59,253 nucleotides of DNA from Coniocarpon cinnabarinum (Eukaryota): assembly GCA_051942205.1 (NCBI GenBank), contig JAVECO010000150.1, forward strand, positions 1 to 59,253, in the 5' to 3' direction. Every line of letters begins with the position of its first letter. The stretch's first letter is position 1. Below the pieces are notes generated by a model. That model saw only the letters and a program-made list of their open reading frames with translations. It was not told the origin of the DNA and did not search any database. Below are positions 49,453 to 59,253 of this stretch, in pieces. The position numbers were made by a program, and so were the translations under genes.

Positions 49453-51381
49453 CTAAATGACGCTTTCCCCGTCAATCCCCTCAACTTTCCGCCACTCCTC
49501 CCACTCTTTTTCCTTCCTCAACTTCACCGCCCTGACAAACCGCCACGCCTCCGTATCCGCCAAATTCCACGCCTCGACCATGTCGCGCACTTTTTTCTCC
49601 TTTGGGGCCGCACCCATGAGATACTTCTTCGCTTGCTTGATGAGTCCGCGTTCCGATGCTAGATCGGCGTCGCTGGGTGTCAGCTTCGCTACTTTCTTGG
49701 CGACGCGGCGTTCTTCGCTCTTCTCGTCTTTGAGGGGGCGGTCTTTGGACGTTTGTAGCGTTTCGCGGAGGGCGGCGGATTTGTGGAGTTGGGCTTGGAG
49801 TTTGGAGGGTTCGGTGATGTCTCTGGGAAGAGAGAGGTCGAAGCCTAGGATGTAGGAGGGGTACATGTGATCAGACTGTTCGGCGAGGAGGATCAGTTTG
49901 TCATGAGCTGTGGAGGCGTTGGTGATGAGCTCTTTGAAAGGGAGAAGACGTTGTGCGGCACCGATTTTGGAGTTTGAGACTATGTTGGTGGTGAAGGTGG
50001 AGATCCACTGGTCGCGCAGCGTCTTGCGGCGGATGAAGCGGGAAGTAAATTGATCGCTGTCTGTTGCGGTGTCGAGGGATGTGAATGTCAGAGGATGAGC
50101 AACTGTGATGATGTGGAAGAGGTCGGACTGATCTTTGAAATGCTCGGAGAGGGAGAGGGGTAGGTGGTGTTCGGCGGAGCAGGGCTGACATTTGAGATTG
50201 TTGGGCGGGCAAGAATCGGGAAGTGGATTATTGTCAGGGCATGAAGATAACAGGTCTGCACGATCGGCGGCATACGAAGAGAGTTCTGTCATGTGCTCGG
50301 GATGGGGCTTGGTGATGCTGATTCCAGAAGGGTATTGACTTTGCCAGGCAGACTGCAAGTGTGCGTTAATCAGGTCGCGAAGCATACCCAGACCTTCTGA
50401 CCCAGAGCTCGCTAGCTTATCAGCTATGGGCTTGTAGTTCAGCGATATGCTAGGTGGGTCATACACCGCAATACTGGCAATCTTGTGAGACGGTGTCTGG
50501 AAGGTCTCCATCCCTGGCACATCCTCCAGTTCCTTTGCTTGCGCAAGGTCATCCTCGTCGGCGAGCGCAAGTTTGAGAGCAGCGCCCAGGCTTTCGATGT
50601 CCGCAAATAGCATGCCTGTGCTAAGCGATCCGATCTTGACGGCCTCGTCTGGCAACGAGCCTTGGCGCAATTTGCTCAAGAATGGGTCTTTTCGTGGAGC
50701 CATGGGGAACGCGAGGTAGCTGGCAAGAATACCACCACCGACCTGTGACCAAGCCAGGAGGCCTTCAAGATCCGACTTGATTGCGCTCGCAATGTTACTT
50801 CGCTGCAATGTCTGCCAAAGCTTTTCTTCCTTGTGCGCGTCAGACTTGCCCAGGACGACTGGTCGCAAGCCCTGCGCCCACCATGCTTGTCGCCAAGCTT
50901 GCAGCAAGAGTTGCTCTGCCTGAACTACATCCGCAGGCTTGCTGCCGCTATCGTAGTAAGTGTAAATCGACGTTCGCTCTGGCAACGTTGGCAGGACCAC
51001 ACGCTCAGTGTCCAGCGTCACGAGGCTCGAGAACTGTGTTCGCCACTCTATGTCATCTTCGTACCACTGCACGCCACGATGTCGCGCTCCATCCTGATCT
51101 GCAGGCCTTTGTGCATCTTTGCCATGCGCGAAGGGATTGTATAAAGCAGGCAGACCGTCATGTTCCTTGAAGAATTGTTTTGCTTGTTGTGCGGACTGCT
51201 TGTAGGACGCTCGAAGTTGGTCAAGGGTGGACGAGTTCGACGATGGGAGCGAGAAGACAATGACAAGTGCAATTGCGGCGGCAAGTCCGAAGATGACGAA
51301 GAGACGTCGAGGGAGGTTTGACATGGAATAGCGGTTATCTCTAAACTCGTAGGCTCGTGAAGGCTTGCGGGGTCTTGGCAT
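49453..51381 (-). CDS. Uncharacterised fungal type II membrane protein (single N-terminal TM, large luminal domain)
   Basis: Intronless 642-aa ORF with TM 'LFVIFGLAAAIALVIVFSL', motifs 'IYTYYD', 'AWRQAWWAQGLRPVVL', Cys cluster 'SCPPNNLKCQPC' and 'VEAWNLADTEAWRFVRA'. Confidence 0.85.
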   Translation of the reverse strand: MPRPRKPSRAYEFRDNRYSMSNLPRRLFVIFGLAAAIALVIVFSLPSSNSSTLDQLRASYKQSAQQAKQFFKEHDGLPALYNPFAHGKDAQRPADQDGARHRGVQWYEDDIEWRTQFSSLVTLDTERVVLPTLPERTSIYTYYDSGSKPADVVQAEQLLLQAWRQAWWAQGLRPVVLGKSDAHKEEKLWQTLQRSNIASAIKSDLEGLLAWSQVGGGILASYLAFPMAPRKDPFLSKLRQGSLPDEAVKIGSLSTGMLFADIESLGAALKLALADEDDLAQAKELEDVPGMETFQTPSHKIASIAVYDPPSISLNYKPIADKLASSGSEGLGMLRDLINAHLQSAWQSQYPSGISITKPHPEHMTELSSYAADRADLLSSCPDNNPLPDSCPPNNLKCQPCSAEHHLPLSLSEHFKDQSDLFHIITVAHPLTFTSLDTATDSDQFTSRFIRRKTLRDQWISTFTTNIVSNSKIGAAQRLLPFKELITNASTAHDKLILLAEQSDHMYPSYILGFDLSLPRDITEPSKLQAQLHKSAALRETLQTSKDRPLKDEKSEERRVAKKVAKLTPSDADLASERGLIKQAKKYLMGAAPKEKKVRDMVEAWNLADTEAWRFVRAVKLRKEKEWEEWRKVEGIDGESVI

Positions 51382-52580
51382 CTGGAGGGCAAGTCCTGGC
51401 TGCTTGAAGTCAGGAGTGCTTCAGCTCTGGCTTTTGAGAGCTTCTGGCAATGAAGGAGCTTGCAGTCTGCCGTGCGGTGGTGGTTGCTTGATGTCAAGGT
51501 AGTTCATCATTCGCGGAGACCCTATATGTGCTGTCATCGAACCACATATCAATTCTCTAAGAAGCTAATCATCTATCACTGGGCCGGCTCTATGGAGGAT
51601 GCTCGTTGGATTGATCTGACAAACGCGTTTGGTGCATCATCCACGGCATCTGAGAACGAGGCGGGCGGACGACCATGCTGCAGTATACATCAGACGGGAT
51701 GTCAATGAAGATGAACAGTGACCCTGGCGAGATTCTGAGATATCAGCCTTTTCCGCAGCCACGGTACGCTTGCGGCTAGAGGACGAATCACACACGACAC
51801 AGAGGCGGTGAGGACTGCAACCTGCAGATCGGAAGCGGGCGAGTCAGGAGATTGCTGATGGAGGCTAATGCTGCTGGCTGGGGTTGCCGCCATGTAGCAC
51901 GCAGCTTCCTCAGAAAGCAGCAGAACGACGTCTGAGAGCCAACGCGAACGACACAGTCGCCATTCGTCACCCTGCAGTACATCGGCGCAGCCGTGATCGG
52001 CCTTGGTCAGCAAGCGAGCGAGCGTCAGGACCTTTGACACATCGCAGACTGCCGGGGCGGGGAGCAAGGCCGATGCCTATCGATTGGCGAACCCCCCACC
52101 CCCTTATGCAGGTCTTAGCAGCAATGTCCCCAGACAGCACGCCAGCGGCACGGGGCGGACGGACGGTGTGCGTTGTGGGAGGACATGTGAGCCACGACAG
52201 CGCCGAGCATCGTCATTGCGCGGGGATGCTGCGGTTGTCGCGAGCATGGCTGTGATGGTGAGGAGCAAAGGCAGCAGCGCAGGCCTCGAGCCGGGCGGTG
52301 GAGGAAGAAGAGGTGCGAGATGAGACGTGGGGAGGGCGTGGGCGGTGCAGCGGAGGGCGCTGGGATCTGGAGACCGTGAGACTGGAGTGGAGGAGCAGCA
52401 GAAGCAGAGCCTGCGCAGGAGGAAGAATGGCGCGGGCAGTGGGCGGGCAATTGGCTGGGGTCGCTGGCGCTGGCGCTTAAGGCAGTGGGCATCGCTACTA
52501 GCTACTAGCTACCTCGCCATGCGCCCTGCGAGCCGATGAAAGGTCCCTAGCCACGCCGAACCCACACCCTAACGCCAACG

Positions 52581-52613
52581 TACCCTACCCTCGTACCCTC
52601 GTACCCTCGTACC
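52581..52613 (+). repeat. TACCCTCG-type 8-bp tandem repeat in a divergent promoter
   Basis: TACCC TACCCTCG TACCCTCG TACCCTCG TACC at the G-rich to C-rich transition between the divergent 51381(-) and 53141(+) genes. Confidence 0.7.
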
Positions 52614-53140
52614 AGAGCAGCACCCTTGAAAGCACCCACTGTGCCCTAACTGCGACTGGCGACCGCCGACTCGACCTACCCTCCTCAAACCCGTCCACCA
52701 CACACTGTCTTTTCCTCCAGCATCTTCATTTTCCTCGCTTTCTGCTGCTCTTCGCCTGCTCGCTCACCTCGCCTTCTGCGCCATGGCGGTGCAAGCTGGT
52801 CTGCCGCTCGTCTGGTCCTCGTGAACGGCCATGTCTGCCCCTCGCAGGTGCCCGTCTCCTGCCTCGATTCCCCTCCCGTCATAAAGGCGGTCAGCAACTG
52901 CTTGACAGCATTCTTCACGGCCATTGTTTGCTCGAGCCGCTCCGTGTCGTGCTCACTCGCTATTCCTTCGTCTGTGTCACGACCTCGAGCGGGCGAGCCG
53001 TGCTGTATTGGATAGGCTCGCTCTGGTCCTCGCTGTGAGTGTGCTTGCCGACCCGTTGCACAAGACCTGAGACCCTCGACCGATTGTGGTAGATCTAGAG
53101 CACTGTTAGCTGACCAGAATGAAAGTCTCAGTCTTGTAGT

Positions 53141-56100
53141 ATGGCCTCTTTCTTCTCCAGCGGTCTTGATGACCGCTACGGCTCGACGCGGTCCCCCCGC
53201 ATATCCGACCCTCCCTCGTTCAACCCCTCCTACAACAGGGACGCCTTCTCGGGAGCCACGAAACGCACGTCGCTGGCCAACCCAGCAGCAGCCATTAATG
53301 ACTCCCGCAACTTCCACAGACGCTTCACCACTTCATACTCCTCGTTGGCTCAGCAGAGGCGGTCTGCTTTCGAACCTTCGGCCGCTGATATCTTTGCAGT
53401 AAGTCTATCAAACACTCTTCACAAGCATGCTCGTGGGGCGCGGAGCTTCAAATACGTTTTTTTTTCGTTGTATGAATGTTTTGGTGTTTGGTGGTTACTG
53501 ACGAGCTTCTCCGCAGTTCCAGCCCTCCATCTCACAGGTAGGTTGCAATGCGTTCCTTTTCACCACTTCAGACAGGAGAAAGTAGTCGTAGAAGAACTTG
53601 TCCGACAAGGTGGGAGGGCTGCAGGCCTAATTTAGCAAGATTGCAAGTGATTGGCTGGATATGGGAATTCGTGATCACCTGGAAGAGGCTCACCGCCAAC
53701 ATCTGGTCGACATGTGACTGACTTCACATAGGCTGAGAAGAAGAAACAGGAGTACGAACAGCTCAGGCAGAAACGTCTTGAGCGTCAGAAGCGCCTAGAT
53801 CTACTCAATCAAGAAAGTCACCGCGAGGAGGTCGAGCTTGCTCGTCTCAGTCAAGAATTAGGCATAGAAAGTAGCAGTGGGGTCGGTCATCAAAGTGAAC
53901 CCACCACTCCACCTGAGTTCCGAGACGCTGGGTTTCCAACTTCTCTCTCGCGACCCAACCGATTCTCGGCCGGCAACCTTATCTCACCTTCTAGTCTCTT
54001 CAAAGGACCCCAGAAACTGGATTCGCAATTGACTTCACCTCCGACTGAGCGGGCTCGTGCCTACAATGCCTTGACAGGCTCTCGCACTGCCTCTTCGAGC
54101 AAGCATCACGCGGACGAAGAAGAGGCTCAGGACGAAGTCCTTGACATCAGTCACCGGTCCGCAGCATCGTATGTCCTCCCCTCCTGACCCGCCCCAAAGC
54201 CGCCGATATCCGCTTCGTGATGTCACATGACAAAGACGATGCCTTACTTGTGTAAACCCCCTCTCCCCATCACTGCGAAACAGAGCTCTTACCTAGCTCT
54301 TACCTTCACTCACCAACTCCCAACCCTTTGCCATTCTACGTGCCTGCCCTTGTGCTCCATTGTTCATCCTCGTCAATTGTACTTGTTGTTTAGTCCGACT
54401 TCTGAAACTAATGAGCTCCAGGTTCAATCGAAACTCCATGCCTGTGACTCGCCGTGATCTTGGTACGAACGGTGATCAGAACGCCGATTTCGGACACGTC
54501 AATACCCATCGATTTCTCTTCGGGGACGACGACAACAAATCTGATCATCAGGCCTCCACGACGCCTCGTCCCAAATCGTATTTTCATCAGTCCGGCAAAG
54601 ACGACTTCCCAGTACTGTTGAAACGGGATATGAACGGCAACATGCAGTACTCAGCCGGTGCTAATGCAATGGACGTGTCATCTGCCGAGGGCTCGGAACC
54701 GCCATCCACTCAAGCCAGCAAGCGCTCTTCTCTGCAGTATCAACCGCAAAGCGTCACCGGTTACGGTGTTTCAGGTGCTCACCTAAAGAATGGTGACTCA
54801 CCGCCATTTAACTATTCACATGCGAGCTCTGTGGAAGCTTTCTCGCCTTCCAAAAATCATCAGAATAACAACTCCACCAGCTCTCATTTCAATCCTTCCA
54901 ATCGGCACTCTCTTGGTGCTAGCACTGCTCTTTCGTCTCCGCCGCGCCGCCCTGGCCTGATTGGATCACCTTCATCCACTATGGCAGAAGGTAGTGGCAC
55001 TCCTAAACTGCAACAATCTTACTCTACGAATGATATTCCTACCATGAGGAACGTGGGAAACTCACCCCCACAACAGCCAATTCCAGCTCAATATGCCAAC
55101 GCCACTCCCGAACAGCGCCTGCAGTCTCATAACTACAGTCTTGGCCGCATTCCTCATCAGAGCATGAGCTCCGTCAGCTCCAAGCGTCACAGTCGTGAGC
55201 TTTCCAGCAGCAGTGGATCTCAACCCGAGGAGCCAGCGAACAGTCAAATGCAGTCAATTGGGTCTGTCCTTCATTCAGGCAGCAGCGCCCCACCTCAGGT
55301 CGCTGCGCCGCCCACTGCGACCTCTGCTTCGGAGTTCTCGTCTTCTCCTCGTAGCAGTCTCTCTGGGCCTACGCAGGTTTCTTCAACCCCCTTCAGTCAG
55401 CAGGGTGTCAATGCTGGATACGGTACACCCAATCAGATGAACACGCTCAACAGCTCCTTGGGAAGTCTGACTCTGGGTGGAATGAGCCCTCAGCAGTTCA
55501 ATCCAAACGCTCAGACGTGGAATGGCAGTGGTTCTTTCAGTCCTTCCTCATACACCAATTACGGTTCCCATCCGGGCTTTGCGGGTAGTCGCTACTCCGA
55601 GGCATCCTCTCAGCGCAGCTCTCGCCGCAGTTTTGCTGGCGACGATGCCGCACGCATTACGTCGATACGTTTGGAAGACCTTGAGGGGCAGATCCTTGGA
55701 CTTTGCACTGATCAGAATGGCTGTCGATTCTTGCAGAAAAAGCTTGAGGAGCGGAAACCTCAACACGTTCAGCTGATCTTCAACGAGGTGCAGAACCACA
55801 TGTACGATCTCATGACAGACCCATTCGGCAACTATCTCGTTCAGAAGCTTTTGGAGCATGCCACAATCGAGCAGCACACTGCCATGATCAACAATGCCGC
55901 CCCGAACATGGTCAAAATTGCTCTGAACCAGCATGGAACGCGTGCTTTGCAAAAGATGATCGAATACATCACCGAACCCTATCATGTCGAGACCCTCAAG
56001 GTCGCCCTTGGGGACCAAATCGTGCCCATGATTCAAGACTTGAACGGCAATCATGTCATTCAGAAATGCCTCAATCGCCTCTCTTCGGCAAGCATTCAAT

Positions 56101-56966
56101 TCATTATTGAGGCTGTAGCTGGACATGTCATCGTCGTTGGCACTCATCGTCATGGCTGCTGCGTCATCCAGCGTTGCATTGACCATGCCACACCTGACCA
56201 GAAGGCCCAGCTTGTCGCTGCTGTCACCGAGTGCGCACTCCCTCTGGTGCAAGATCCTTTTGGTAATTACGTCCTGCAGTACATCTTCGATCAGGGCGAG
56301 GAATTTTTCTCGCAGCTTCTCTGCCACACCTTCCTCGGACGAATTCCAGAGCTGTCCAAGCAGAAATTCAGCTCGAACGTCATCGAGAAATGTATCCGCA
56401 TTGCAGAACCTGAGCTCAAGCACCAGATGATTGGCGAGATCATCGATCACCATGACTTTGATCGCATTGTGGACGACCCCTTTGGCAACTACGTGATCCA
56501 GACCGCGTGGGACCATGCGACCGATGAGGAAGAGGAGCGCATGGCCGATCAAATCCGTCCCATCTTACCGCGCATGCGTCACAAGCCGTACGGTCGTCGT
56601 TTCGCGAGCCGCCTCAATGAACGTGACAAACGCCACGGAATTGCTACTGGACCCACCCCTAGTCAAGTCGCTTCACCTGCGCTTTCTTACATGCAAATGA
56701 ACATGACTCCAACGCCAAGCAGCGCCGGAATGTACAACGTGCACCCAGACAGCGGCTACGGACCAGGTGCCTTTGGGATTACCAGTCCTCACTTCAGTCA
56801 GGCAAACATGAATCTGGGCAACGACTTCTCATCCGGACTCGCTTCTCAACAGATGAACAGCCCCTCTCCATCGGTCTTTTCTCCAATGCACCCGTACGGC
56901 AACTTCAACCCTCCGAACCAACCATTCAGCCCATTCGGACAAGGCTTCGGCTATCCCCCTAGCTAA
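53141..56966 (+). CDS. Pumilio/PUF RNA-binding protein, Puf4/Mpt5-like; exons 53141-53398, 53517-53537, 53732-54169, 54422-56966
   Basis: Eight Pumilio repeats (DQNGCRFLQ, DPFGNYLVQ, NQHGTRALQ, DLNGNHVIQ, HRHGCCVIQ, DPFGNYVLQ, QKFSSNVIE, DPFGNYVIQ). Upstream exons splice in frame ('HQSEPTTPPEF...FPTSLSRPNRFS'). Confidence 0.93.
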
Positions 56967-58278
56967 AAAGGCTTCACACACGCGCAAGACCCCAATGTAC
57001 GATAAGCGGTGGCACATCTTCCACATAGAGGGGTGGCGCTGGTTCCTCGATTCGTCTGCTCCTCGACAATGGCATCTGCTTGGTACGTGAACGATGCATA
57101 GCGCACTCAACTGGATCAGGAACTTCGACGCTTGTACTATTAGCCGCCTCTTTGCATACACTCCATCCCACACGCTCGCTATCCAATACCTGCAGCATCT
57201 CGGCATGACACCTCAGAATTTCCTCAGTCTCTCATTCATTACACCCACATACACCACCACCAAAAACTTTGCGGATGAGCAAACCCCTAACGGCCGTTTT
57301 CACGAACCTGTACAAACAGACCATGGGCGCCAAAAATACATCATCCTTATATCTACCATATTTTCCTTGATCATTTCGGCGTTTCTGGCGGATTCTCTAG
57401 CATTTGAACACGACATTGCAAAGACTCACCATGACAATTGGTATTTTCATTGGCCTAGCAATCCATGACCTTCCTTGGATCAGCAGCATGACAATCAGGG
57501 AGGATGAGCTTCTTGGATCCCCAAGGTTCTTTCTCCTCGCCTCTCTACCTTTTTACCTGGTATGGTGGAGAGGTCCAGATATGCGACTAGCTACGAAGCA
57601 ATCATGAGTATGAAGGGTGACGATGGGAACGACTGGGGGCTATGTAGCTGTGTGATGATAGAGACGACAGACGTAGTGCGGAATGAGAATCTAGATCCCA
57701 CATGCCTTGTTTCCAACCTGCTTCTGCTTAGAAGCCTGCCTGCCTGCCTGCCTCCTCTCTCACTTTATTGAATTTTCAATGGTTGCTGTCGGAGTCTCCC
57801 CGGTATCCCTGTGCGTTCGTCATGAGACCTTTATCGAAGTCTTCGCTGTTTGCTACGTCCGAACACACGCGCATACCAACATGGTTCGATGCTTGTACCC
57901 GGATTGCCGTTGTTACACGATTGGATGTAGAATTTGCAGGTCTGGCTCCTTTGACTGTATGCACCAGGGTCTCGATTTTGCCACTCCACGATGACGCCTC
58001 CGCACCTGCTTCATTCCGAAACATTCCCGTTTACAAGTTCCAATAAGAAAAAGGACGCGCTTCCGATAAGACCGACTAAGATCCCGTTGCATAAAGTGCA
58101 CTAACTCACAAGCCTTGACTTGTAACAACCTGTTCTTGTGTTCTTCGATTCCATCTGTACACACCTCCGAGTGAGCCGTCGAGCTTGCGATAAAGACTGG
58201 GATTACCTGTTACCTGTTACAGTCGAACGAGCTCAGTGATTGCGATATTTGAAGTGACGGTTCACGAAGAAAAGAAGA

Positions 58279-59253
58279 ATGACTGAGCATTCGCATGTTG
58301 CGGGTGGGCCTGTAGGGACGGAAAGTCGGGTTCTTGAGGCTGGTGCTAGTGCTTTGCAGGTTCGTGTTTGCTTTTTTTATTGTTATCATCATCAAAAGAT
58401 CAGAAGCGAGAGCATGTCGCTATCAGCCTGAGCCTCTGACTATTCGTTGCTTACAACGTCTCCTCTCTGCTCATCTGTTTCCCTTCGTCGTCGTTCTCCC
58501 AACTCCTTTGCCACCTCTGCACTTACTCCCCCCTCCATCAGTCCCAACATGACGACGTCCGTCATCTCATAACGACTACTCACAACCCCAGCCACGCATT
58601 TACTCACTCACAATGACAGTCCTTCGCTCCCCTCAAACAAATCTGCGCCCACCTCTCCGCCTTCCACACCCCCTTCAAAGCACCTGGGACTGTAGCCGTC
58701 GAATCCTCCCACTACTGCGCCCACCTCACCGACGACGTCCGTCAATGCGTCCTCTACGACTCGGCCGAGCCCAACGCCCGCCTCATCGGGATCGAGTACA
58801 TGATTACGCCGCGGCTGTTTGAGGGGTTGGAGCCTGAGGAGAAGAGATTGTGGCATAGTCACGTTTTTGAGGTGAGGAGTGGGATGTTGGTTATGCCTCA
58901 GGTGAGTCCTTTGTGTTGGTTGAGTGAGTAGGTGAGTGATTGGTTGTTTGTGGTTGTAATGCTGGGGAGCGGGAGTAGATTGGAGGAGGGAGAAAGGGAG
59001 AAAGGGGGGAGATAGCTGGGAGGAGGGTCCACAGGAGTGGTGAAGGAAGAGGTGGTGTTGGCGTATTGAAGAGAGACGAAGTGATACTGATGTCGAAGAC
59101 ACGAGGCTGATAATGCTACAGAATCTAGCAGACCGAGGCGTGCCCGGCGTGCAACAAGCCTGGGAAACCGCCGAAACAAAAGGTATCCCCTTTGCCTTTC
59201 CATTCCTCCCATAACTACACCCACATCCACCCAAACCCACCCCACACCCACCA
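58279..59253 (+). CDS. DUF1264 / oil-body-associated-protein-like gene, truncated by the window end; exons 58279-58359, 58620-58901, 59122-59182
   Basis: Spliced '[25 protein letters not shown]...[36 protein letters not shown]...[21 protein letters not shown]'. It is absent from the ORF track because the exons are short or lack a start codon. Confidence 0.9.

Noticed and set aside
52561..52655. Telomere-like or telomerase-template CCCTAA motifs
   Set aside because: Only isolated CCCTAA hexamers; no tandem array and no TAACCCTAA template.
55548..56552. 334-aa antisense ORF (also 17375-18250 and others)
   Set aside because: Shadow or alternate-frame ORFs of well-supported genes.
58551..58744. 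14-bp exact repeat GACGACGTCCGTCA in DUF1264 intron 1 and exon 2
   Set aside because: The similarity does not extend, so it is insufficient to claim a duplicated exon.

Overview
Gene-dense, intron-containing fungal DNA (filamentous ascomycete, Pezizomycotina-type GT-AG introns with CTRAC/CTRAT branch points). By manual splicing I can build about 17 protein genes: a secreted DUF4185-like protein, a Cys-repeat protein, TRP2, SF3B2/CUS1, an RS/Pro-rich protein, STE11 MAPKKK, a DUF7514-like protein, an Stc1-domain protein, COX11, a Ser/Thr-rich membrane protein, a GNAT, cytochrome c, an INO2/INO4-like bHLH, a C2H2 transcription factor, a GH71 glucanase, a type II membrane protein and a PUF protein, plus a DUF1264 gene cut by the window end. 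There is also a clear TMEM135-like pseudogene and several repeat or relic patches. The strongest non-obvious signal is a [D1,2] spliceosomal twin intron (stwintron) at 42612-42733, which must be removed in two ordered steps to build zinc finger 1 of the C2H2 factor. Other notable signals are a long nested stem-loop filling cytochrome c intron 1, an exact CBC:HapX motif in the cytochrome c promoter, a Gcn4/CpcA site before TRP2 and a mosaic of minisatellites at 15.2-16.2 kb. No rRNA, tRNA, snRNA, CRISPR array or intact transposon was recognised. Family assignments are from recalled motifs; no database searches were run.
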